A stretch of DNA of 63,630 bases, filler included, from Octopus bimaculoides (lineage: Eukaryota): the NCBI RefSeq assembly GCF_001194135.2. It is 10 parts of 9 records of this genome, joined end to end, with 100 filler letters (N's around TTAATTAATTAA, not from the genome) between each part and the next. Parts side by side here need not be neighbours in the genome. Positions count along the whole stretch, not along the records: positions 18,191 to 35,244 come from NC_068984.1; positions 35,345 to 40,452 come from NC_068996.1; 8 more parts are not named here. One strand, written 5' to 3'. How positions within the stretch are numbered: position 1 is the stretch's first letter; each line of letters starts with the position of its first letter. Below are positions 25,099 to 35,946 of this stretch, in pieces. The notes below the pieces were generated by a model that saw nothing but the letters and a program-made list of their open reading frames with translations, did no database searches and had not been told where the DNA came from. A program made the position numbers and the translations under genes.

Positions 25099-26209
25099 TG
25101 GTTTAGTATGACTGAATAAAAATCAATAATATTGAACTGGGTTGTTTGTTGCATTATGTTATTAAATTATTCTGTTACTGACATACTATTGTTCCATAAG
25201 AGAAAGAATATTGCATTTATTTCTATTTTAAATGGAATAGAGTCCATGATTAGCATACTAAATATTCATAATTTGTTTTTGTTTTGTTTTGTTGTTTGTT
25301 TTTATTTTTGTTAGGATTTTTGTGGTAGTGGTGGTGAGGGGTTAATTTAATTGTTTTCAAACTGGTAAATACCATACCCACCCACAAAAAATATTAATAA
25401 ATTGTTTTCATCTCTCACCCTCCTTATATTAATGAGAAGCGAAAATAATGTTTGCCTCCATATAATGATTCATTTTTGCTATGATGTGTTGGGAAAATTC
25501 AGAAAGTTTAAAACCATTTTAACTGATTTTAACATGGCAATTTGTCTACCCAAAACCCCTTTTCACTCCTCACACCTTTCCTTGCTGTGAGAAACTTTGG
25601 GTTAATTAGTTTCAATTAAGGATTTCTAGAAAAAAATATACTTATGATCTTTAAGAGTAATATATGGTAAGCACAAGAGGCAAAGGCTAAATATTCTATT
25701 CTGTCAGCAGTATTCACGCTAGTAGTTGTAGCTTTAATAGGTTAATAGAATTGCATTGTTGCCAGAGATTTTTGCAAATATCGATGATGCTGTTGATAAT
25801 AATTTATTGAACCTACTTTTGTCTATAGTGTCAACGCTTTTGATCTTAACTGACAAAGCATAAATTTCTCTTCGTGCTTTTTTTTTTTAATTTCATAAAG
25901 CTGTTAAATTCATGCTCAACACAATCACTCCCTGGCTTACACTAAAATGCATAAAGCAGATTGCACAGCACATATGAAATGCAAATACTGCCCAGCAATA
26001 TTATATAACTGACATTACACATACTCTGCACAATAGATGAAACACTAAAATAACCCCAGGAAACAAAAAGCCAAATGTAATTCTTCATTTTCCAATACAG
26101 CAATGCTCCACACACCTCAGGAACAAAACGGTGCACCTGATGATGCTGTATAAACTCACATAAAAACTGTTATGATGATGATGACCATACCTGCTAACTA
26201 AATTAGCAT

Positions 26210-26695
26210 GCACTAGCATGCTCGTTTATTTAGCAGGTATTTTAACTTCACTCGATGCTTGATGACAACAAGATGCCCCAAATCTTAAGAGTCTTCCTTA
26301 GGATTCTTGCAGAATATAGAATGGTACTTTTCTATAGGTCAACAGAATTCCAGTTCCAATCTCTTTCAGTCTCTTAGGTAGCATTTTGAGTGTTGTGCCA
26401 AGTGAACCAATTACTACAAGAATAATTGTTGTCGTGATTTTCCACAATCTCCTCAACTCTATGGCTTAATCCTGATATTTCTCAATTCATTCAATTTATT
26501 TGGTATTGATTCTACTATCATAGGAAATTGTAAAATCTATTATCTTACATTGTTTGTTTATTTTATCCTCTATGATCATATCTCATCTATTTGCTTCAAT
26601 AGTATGGTCAGTCTTTGTGAGGAAATCCCACAAGATCTTGTAATTCTCACTTTCTGTCACAGCCTCTGGTTTGTGCTCATACCACTTTTCTGTTG
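26210..26695 (-). mobile_element. R4/Dong-clade non-LTR element, REL endonuclease and 3' end, decayed
   Basis: Minus strand KWYEHKPEAVTESENYKILWDFLTKTDHTIEANR*DMII...KIIDFTISYDSR...IEKYQD*AIELRRLWK...VIGSLGT...SARILRKTL (degenerate PD-(D/E)XK). Confidence 0.8.
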
Positions 26696-29107
26696 TTTTG
26701 AAGCTAGCAAAACACTCAACTAGCAAAATGCTAACACAGAGAAGCAAAATAAAAGTTTCAGAATCATTTTACTATTAAATTATGTCAAAGCAACAGTTTT
26801 ATTTTGGGTATCTTTTATCTTTTACTTGTTTTGGTCATTAGACTGTGACCATGCTGGGGCACCAGCTTGAAGCAATTTTATTTTAATGAACCAACCTCAG
26901 TACTTTTGTTTTTTTAAAACCTGGTATTTATTCTATTGGTCTCTTTTGCTGAACTGCTATGTTACAGGGACATAAACACACCAACACCAGTTGTCAAGTG
27001 ATGGTGGAGGACAAACAGACACAAAGACATACATACATACATATGATGGGCTTCCTTTACTTTCTTCAACTAAATCCATTCACAAGGCTTTGGTACAACA
27101 CACTTGTCCAAGATGTCATGCAGTGGGACTGAACACAGAGCCATGTGGTTGGGTAACAAACTTCTTGTCACACAGCCATGCCAAAAAATTTTAGAGAGTT
27201 TCGTAAATTCAAACATTTGATAATATATTAATTTTTTCAAATATCTCAATGTAATTATTTGTTCAGACATATATAATCTGATGTAACTGCAATTATTTTG
27301 TAAAATATGTATAATGCGAAAATTGCATTTTCATTTTTTTTTTCCTTTCCATAGCTTCTAGATATAAAATCAATTTGTCAAATGATATCATCAGGTAGAT
27401 TCCTTTTTTACAACAAATTATTTGCATCTGCAAAGTATTTAATAATAATAAATTAATAATTAATATTACATTTAAAATTCCTAGTTGTATTTTAAATATT
27501 CAACACAGACAGCAATGAATGGAAACTATTTATTTTTACATTTATGTTCTCTTGAAACTGAAATTTGTAATTATCAACGTGACTTCTTTGAAGCTGGCTA
27601 TATTCTGTTACATTGTGGTGAATTGGAGTTCTTACATTGACACAATATCATAGGCTTTTAGTTGAAGAATATAGTCCACTGAATTTTTCCTAGTTCCTGA
27701 CAGATAAGCTTCTATTAGCTTCTGAGTTCAGGCATGGCTGTGTTCTTAAAAAGTTTGCTTCAAAGCAATATGGTGTGATCCCACAAAAGAGAATCTTCAA
27801 AAAGATTTAGATGTTGGCTAGTGTCTTGTGATTGGAATTCGGTAAATGGAAAGCGTATGGAAGTTTGTTGTATATATATATAGAGGTGTGTGTGCATGTG
27901 TCTTTAGCTCATGTATATTGGCGATGAATATAAACTGAAAACTAATGCTTCATGAATGAAATCCCTTTAGATATTTGTTCCGCTCAAATTAGACCCTCTC
28001 TCATCATTTATGCCATCAGAAACGTAATGAACCAGTGACAGGTTCATTAAAAACTTGTGACTAATGACACTCTTGTTCACCAGTTACAATTAAAAAAATA
28101 ATAATAATTTCAGAATAATGAAAGCAAATTAAATCATGGTCTCATTTAGTCAGTGAATCTTTCATTACTGTGTGCCAAGCAATGAGATTTCTTCAGTATT
28201 GCTTTCGTTGGCTTGAATTTATATTTGAAGCTGTCTTTCTATTTAAGTAGATGTGTTTAAGAATTGAAATATTGCACAGATTAACGACATTGTGTCTCAA
28301 ACTCTATTTTCCTTAACGATGAAAGATGAGGTTTATTTTTTGATATTTTTTAAATATGCTATAGGTGAACCTAAATCTCATACTTGTAGAAGTCAAACTC
28401 AGAACTGTAAGTCCTCAAAAATACTCAACAATTATATGATCAGCTTGGTAGCCACACCATCAATACTTCATATTTTATTTTGATTGCAATATTCCATCAG
28501 AGCCGCAAGAGTCATATTCTTCGAACTTTAATAGAGTAAGAGTAGTTGTCTTGAAGGAAAGGGTTAAGGCTAGTGGTCCCCCACAACCATATCACAGTGC
28601 AGTGATTCTGAGAGAGAAAATGGAACCAACACCATTATTTATCTGTTGTTCTATTTCATGGCCTCAGAAGAATTTAGGTCAAAGTTGTCCTCAACAGGAT
28701 TTGATCTCAGAATGTAAACAGCCAGAACAAATACCACAAGGCATTCTTCTGACAAGTGTTTATTTAAAGTGAAATAATACAAATAGAGTTAAGTGTATCA
28801 CCAAACACTCAATAATAAGTTTTAAACTCATGGCAACAAATTAGGAAAGCTTATTGGCTTTGCACTCTGTCTTTTGGGATTAATTCTGGAAGAATAAACA
28901 GAATATAATTTGTTTCCACACTAGACTGACTTAACATTGTTGATGTTGTACATTCGTTTGTTTAAATATAACTTTCAAGTTGTAGAAGAGCACCATGTAT
29001 ATTCTTGAGAGATTTGACCATTTCTTTTATAACAGCGTTGATTATTTCTTCAAAAACAAAATGATTCACCTCACAAAACATCCATTATCCTTTGTATATC
29101 TATTCAG

Positions 29108-29181
<74 letters not shown>

Positions 29182-30124
29182 NNNNNNNNNNNNNNNNNNN
29201 NNNNNNNNNNNNNNNNNNNNNNNNNNNNNNNNNNNNNNNNNNNNNNNNNNNNNNNNNNNNNNNNNNNNNNNNNNNNNNNNNNNNNNNNNNNNNNNNNNNN
29301 NNNNNNNNNNNNNNNNNNNNNNNNNNNNNNNNNNNNNNNNNNNNNNNNNNNNNNNNNNNNNNNNNNNNNNNNNNNNNNNNNNNNNNNNNNNNNNNNNNNN
29401 NNNNNNNNNNNNNNNNNNNNNNNNNNNNACAGTATAAAACATAAATATATAGTTTTAGGGAAAAGAACCAAGGTTCATGAACTCATCGATGAAAATCCAC
29501 TGTCACATATAGAAAAATTAATAAGTAAAAGCACAATAAATAAGTATAATATAATACAAAGTAAATACCATAAGATAATGATAATAAAACGACTACACTT
29601 GTTTCATAACCAATTTTCAAATAGAAAGAATATTTAAATCGATTAAAACTATCGAAAATCAATTCTATTAAAAAATATAGCTAATCTTCAGGTCAAAATA
29701 CAACAATAATAATAATAAAAGAATGTATATATCAACCATCAATAAATAACGAATGAATGTATATAAAATACCTATTATATGAAGATAGAAAAATATTATT
29801 AAAAATATAAAAATTATAAACGTTCCAAATTAACTTTACGTTTATTATAATATAAGCTAACAGGAATATTATATGCAAAAACTAATTTTAACGAATCTTT
29901 CGTTTAAAATACAATTTGAACGAAGTTTTCGGTTAAAATAATAAAGATAGAAGTAGCACATATCTAAACGATGCTATAGTTTAAACTAAAAGATTTTAGA
30001 CTAAAACGTTTATTTAAAAGACCTCAGCAGAATTTGAACTCAAAACGTAAATGCTGCTAAACATTCTATCCAGCATGCTAATGATTCTGCCAGCTCACTG
30101 CCTTACAACAACAACAACAACAAC

Positions 30125-30171
<47 letters not shown>

Positions 30172-30173
<2 letters not shown>

Positions 30174-30545
30174 TAGTTGATGTTGCATGTCCCTTTGACC
30201 CACGAATAGTCAAGAAGGAAGGCAAAAAGATAGATAAATACAATCCTTTTAAGTACAAAATAACCTGGTTATGGAAAATGGAGAAGACCGTGCCAATTAT
30301 TGTTGGGTCCTTGGGAACAGTATCAGAAAGCATCAAGAGAGATATCAAGGAAATTGGAATAGAGTTCCCAGTAGAACTGTTACAAAACGTTTGCCTCCTT
30401 GGCATGGCAAGAATACTCAGGAAAGTATTAGATAGCTGAAGAGAATGAATAGCATAGTACCATAGGCTGTAGGTAGCAAACCCACTATGCATGCAAGACT
30501 CCAGGAGTTCCAACAAAACCTGTGATAAAGAGATGTAATAATGGT
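30172..30545 (+). mobile_element. 5'-truncated R4/Dong-clade element (REL endonuclease C-terminus and 3' UTR) next to (AAT)n
   Basis: IVDVACPFDPRIVKKEGKKIDKY...LWKMEKTVPIIVGSLGTVS...LLQNVCLLGMARILRKVLDS*; stop at 30437-30439. Confidence 0.82.
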
Positions 30546-30899
30546 TTCTCATTTAGGCTCAAGGCCACTGATTTTGAAGGGACGAAAGGTAGATGATAAC
30601 AATAACACCACCACTTAAACAAATACATTATTTTATGGACTTCAAAAGGATAAAAGGCAAAGGTGACCTCAGCAGGATTTGAACTTGTTCTCTGAACTAT
30701 TCAGATAGCTTACATAATATAAGACATAGTCAGCACTTGTTGCTGAAAAAAGGTTTCTCTCTCCAAACAAAAATCAAACAATGTGAAATATGTGCAAGAA
30801 GTTTGATGTGAATTGTTAGTGAGACATTTTCATCGATTATTGAGCATGTAATATTAAATTGCATGAGATGAGAAGCAAGTCACCAGTAAGTTGTTAAAA

Positions 30900-31130
30900 A
30901 AAATGGTGGAGTGTAAAAGACATTAACTGATAGACGCAGGAGATACAACTGTAGCAGACAATGGGGGGATTGGTGTCATGCGCTGCCAGTGGAAAGTGAC
31001 TGTGACATAGGAATACTGAGAGAAGCATGAGAAGTGATGTGATTAGGTTTCAAGATGCTGGGTGTCACAGATAAGATGACACAAAGATAAAGGTGAGGAG
31101 TGATATGCTATACTGTAGTCATCTAATTCC
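30900..31130 (+). mobile_element. Highly decayed RTE 3' end
   Basis: Broken VEG(T)C..G.P...EEV...KMLGVTDKMTQD pattern across frameshifts. Confidence 0.4.
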
Positions 31131-32709
31131 TGCCATCAGGGAAAGAAAAACGAGGTGTTAGAACATCGCTGATAATGAGAAGATGAAGGAAGATATGTAT
31201 ACGCATATACATATATACACATGTGTGTATTTGTGTGTCCACGCATGTGTGTGTGTATGTGTGTGTGTGTGTGTGCGCGTGTGCACATATGGTAATGGCA
31301 AACAGGTTTACATAATATTTGAGTCATGTTGTTGTTCAATCAGATTTCAAAGAAGCCTCGTCTCAATCTATTGATGTCTATAGTTCACCAAAACCCCAGT
31401 TAAATGAGCTTAGGCAAGTGTCTTCTACTATAGCCTTGGGCTGACCAAAGCCTAGTGAATGGATTTGATAGACGGAAACTGAAAGAAGCCTGTTGGCAAT
31501 GATGATGATGATGACGATGTGTGTGTGTGTGTGTTTGTCTGTCTGTATTTGTCACCCCACCATCACTTGAAAACCAATGTTGGTATGTTTACGTCCCTGT
31601 AACTTGATGGTTCAGCATAAGAGACCGATAGAATAAATACTAGGCTTACAAAGAATAAGTCCTGGGGTTGATTTGTTTGACTAAAGGCGGTGCTCCAGCA
31701 TGGGTGCATTCAAATGACTGAAACAAATAAAAGAATAAAGAATTGTATGTAATTCTGCTTTACTTTACTTATGATCAAATACATATTGGACTCTACACAC
31801 CTCTTGCACAAAAGTATATTGAGTCTTTTATAATTTATACAACAAGAAATAATTATTAATTATATATAGGCACTTGTGACGGTGGCACGTGAAAAACAAC
31901 ATTCGAGTGAGGTCGTTGCCAGTGCCGCTGGACTGGCTCCTGTGCAGGTGGCACATAAAAAACACCATTTGAGTGTGGCCGTTGCCAGTACCACCAGACT
32001 GGCCCTCGTGCCGGTGGCACGTAAAAGCACCCACTACACTCGCAGAGTGGTTGGCATTAGGAAGGGCATCCAGCTGTAGAAACTCTGCCAGATCAGATTG
32101 GAGCCTGGTGCAGCCATCTGGTTCACCAGTACTCAGTCAAATCATCCAATCCATGCTAGCATGGAGGGCGGACGTTAAATGATGATGATGATGATGAGGC
32201 ACTGGCATGGCTGTGTGGTAAGAAGTTTGCTTCCCAGCCACATAGTTTTAGGCTCAGTCCCACTGCTGGGCATCTTGGGCAAGTGTCTTCTCCTTTAACT
32301 CACAGTTGATCAAAGCCTTGTTTAGTCAGTGGTAAGACATTTACTTCTTAATCGCATGGTTCTGGGTTCAGTCTCACTGCATGACAACTTGGGCAAGTGT
32401 CTTCTGTTATAGTTGATCAAATCTCTATGAGTGGGTTTGGCAAACAAAAACTGAAAGAAGCCCATCATATGTATAAGTATATATCTATGTGTATGTGTCT
32501 GTGTTTGACCCCAACCACCACTTCACAACTGGTGTTGGTTTATTTATGTCCCCATAACTTAGCATTTCAGTGAAAGAGACCGATAAAATAAGTACCAGGC
32601 TTTAAAAAAATAAATAAGTCCTGCAGTCAATTCATTTGACTAAAAATTCTTCAAGATGGCGGCCCAGCATGGCCACAGTCTAATGAATAACACAAAGGGT
32701 AAAAGAAAA

Positions 32710-32757
<48 letters not shown>

Positions 32758-34006
32758 TCATCATCATTGTCAGTATCATCATCATTTAATATGTTTTCTA
32801 TGCTGACATGGGTTGACTAGTTTGACAAGATCCAGCAAGCTGCAGATCTTTGCTGGGTGTCTCCTCTGACATGGTTTCTACATTTGGATGACCTTCCTAA
32901 CACCAATCACTATATATTTACAGTTGGTTTGCACAGTTTCACTCCAGCATGGTTTTAGTCAGTTTTTCATTTCATTTAAAATTATTCTCTTCACTATGCT
33001 CTTTCCATTTCATTTTCCATTAGTTTACTTTCAATTCACTGTGACAAAAACATGGTAGACCACATACTAAATTAGCACTTAAGTCAGATTTAGTTTTCTA
33101 TTTTAAAAAGAAAATATATTTTGTTAAATATTACCAAGAGTATGAAATGTCAAACCAAAAATGGACAAGAAAGTCAAATTAGAAATGAAAATTGAAAATT
33201 TTAATCAGCTTCGAAATGGAAATGGATCAACAGAAACTGTGAAATAATTTAATATTAATGAAGAAATTGTTGGAACAATTAAAAGAAACAAAGGAATAAA
33301 ATTAAAGCAAATATAATTGCAGGATTTTCATTAAGTTCAACTCATACATCACACATACATGATAACATTATGGAAACAATGTGGAAGTGCAATGGCCCAG
33401 TGGTTAGGGTGGTGGACTTATGGTCATAGGATCGCAGTTTCGATTCCCAGACCGGGCGTTGTGAATGTTTATTGAGCGAAAACACCTGAATCTCCACGAG
33501 GCTCCAGCAGGGGGTGTGGTGGCAAACCCTGCTGTATTCTTTCACCACACCTTTCTCTCACTCTTTCTTCCTGTTTCTGTTGTACCTGTATTTCAAAGGG
33601 CTAGCCTTGTCACACTCTGTGTCATGCTGAATCTCCCCGAGAACTATGTTAAGGGTACACGTGTCTGTGGAGTGCTCAGCCACCTGCTCATTAATTTCAT
33701 GAGCAGGCCGTTCCATTGATTGGATCAACTGGAACCCTTGCCGTCATAACCGATGGAGTGTCACAATGGAAACACTGGGGAAAAGCTATAGAATATAAAA
33801 CAAGGTATATTTATCAAAAGGTAGCTGTTTCATTAGGCGTATATGTATATATATGTATATATATATATTACATATATATATATTACATATATATATGTAT
33901 ATATATATATTACATATATATATATATATTACATATATATATGTAAATATATAAAAACAAAAGGATAAAGAGAGCAAAGGTAAGGTTGAAGAATTTTATG
34001 GATAGA

Positions 34007-34055
34007 GTCTTACAGCTGTTTCTGGGAAGATCCAGTGCTTCCCTTCATCGGAGAC
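34007..34055 (-). ncRNA. Minimal type I hammerhead motif, best-formed copy (U4C variant)
   Basis: Minus strand GTCT-CCGATGA-a-GGGAAG-cactggat-CTTCCC-a-GAAA-CAGCTGTA-AGAC: 4-bp helix I, 6-bp helix II, palindromic helix III. Confidence 0.65.
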
Positions 34056-34260
34056 AGAAAAAAAGTTATCTATTATTATATCCATAGGCGGATATTTTTA
34101 GTATGAAGTGGTAAAGAGTGTGATGTGCTGAAAAAAGAGGGAACAGTACTAGAAGAGTAGTTTCATTCCAGTGGTAAATATCCGTGTAGAAATTCGTGCA
34201 GGTTAATCCTTGTGTGAATAATCCGGAAATTTATGTTGGCACGAAAGTTGATATAGCTTA

Positions 34261-34305
34261 GGCTTGGACATCCTTGGCTTGGACATCCTTGGCTTGGACA
34301 TCCTT
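34261..34305 (+). repeat. 15-bp tandem repeat x3 (GGCTTGGACATCCTT) inside a 13-bp inverted repeat
   Basis: GATATAGCTTAGG (34250-34262) / CCTAAGCTATATC (34358-34370). Confidence 0.9.
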
Positions 34306-34451
34306 CAAGTAAACAAGCAAAAATCTATTGCAAGATGGAATATATATACCTCTGCCACCTAAGCTATATCTAATCGGTATACAGCACTTACTCGGTATTA
34401 CCTGTATACTCCGGGGTTTGGTTAAATCCAATACCCTCCTCAACCTTATAT

Positions 34452-34482
<31 letters not shown>

Positions 34483-35946
34483 TACAAATATATATATATA
34501 TATATGTAATTTCAGGAGAAATGAAATATAAATTGTGGTGGTGATGGTGGTTGGGGGTAGCTATGATGGCAGTAGTGATGGCAATAGAGCAAGTACAATC
34601 CAGAGAAACAGAGAGAGAAACAAAGTGTGTGAGAGAGAGAGAGAGGCTAGGGAATATTCAACCTAATACAGGGCCGCTTGTTTATTAAGCCTGAAGGACA
34701 GAAAGGCAAATTTGATTGTGGTGGGACTTGAACTCGGAGTGCAAAGTAGTGGAACAAATACTACAAGGCATTCTAATCTAACATTTTGATGACTGCAAGT
34801 TTGCTGACTAATCACCCTTATCTATCTATCTATATATATATAAACGAATAATTATAATTATAATTATAATTATATAATTATATAATTATAATTATATTCT
34901 TGGGAATAGAAATTTCCCTTATGAATTTTTTTACACACTGGCTTCTTGATAAAATTCTTGTAAAAGAGTTTTATCCCTTTTTGAATTTATATATATATAT
35001 AGGTAAGTGGTAGGTTTGCCTCGATCCTTCAGGGGTAGTCTGAAGCATCCTGGGGATCACCTGTATGGGTACCGTCTTGGGAAGAGGGCGTCCAGAGGCA
35101 GGTAATATGTTGCTTAAACCGTAATTTATGTATTTACTTGGAGAATGGAGCAACAAATACAAGAAAAAGCATTTTCGTTGGACTAGATAGCCGTTGTTTT
35201 ATTATGTGGAGCTTGTGAAATGAGTCAGTGTGGAGGTTTAGGTTNNNNNNNNNNNNNNNNNNNNNNNNNNNNNNNNNNNNNNNNNNNNTTAATTAATTAA
35301 NNNNNNNNNNNNNNNNNNNNNNNNNNNNNNNNNNNNNNNNNNNNTTATATTTATATATTTATATTTATATATTTATATATTTGATCCTTTATATTGAACA
35401 CTCAATATTTCATCTACATTCAATACTTTATTTCATGGTGCCATCCATTTTTATTTTATTTTATATTATATATTGTATATTATATTATATATTGTATATT
35501 CCATATTCTATACCCCACATTAGTTCTGCAGGAATATAAATAAAACATAAAAAACAGACAGTGTTGGAACTCTTTTAAGCAAAATAATATATTCCTCTAT
35601 ACACAATCATACAAAAAAATCCACCTTTTTTTGTATTTATTTTTACTCGCATATATATATATATATATATATATGTGTATATAATGAGAAAAAAGTCGTC
35701 ATAATTATGGAAAAAATCTTTTTATTTCTTCATCATTATTAACGCTTTCGTTTGTTTCTAGAATTTTGTAAATGTACAAACAGCGTGTTCATTTATATAA
35801 AACATGTTTTGTAGGGTTTTGTTCAGAAGAATTAGAAGAAGAGAAAATTGTTTTTGTTTTCTTTGAGTGAGGTTCCATTGACAATGGAAATGGATAGATA
35901 GTAATATAGGTAGGTAGATAGGCTGATAGATAGATAGATAGATAGA

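Noticed and set aside
26107-26136. Possible 30-nt minus-strand micro-exon (CAG...GAG/GTGTGT)
   Set aside because: Weak donor and no recognisable peptide; such matches are expected by chance.
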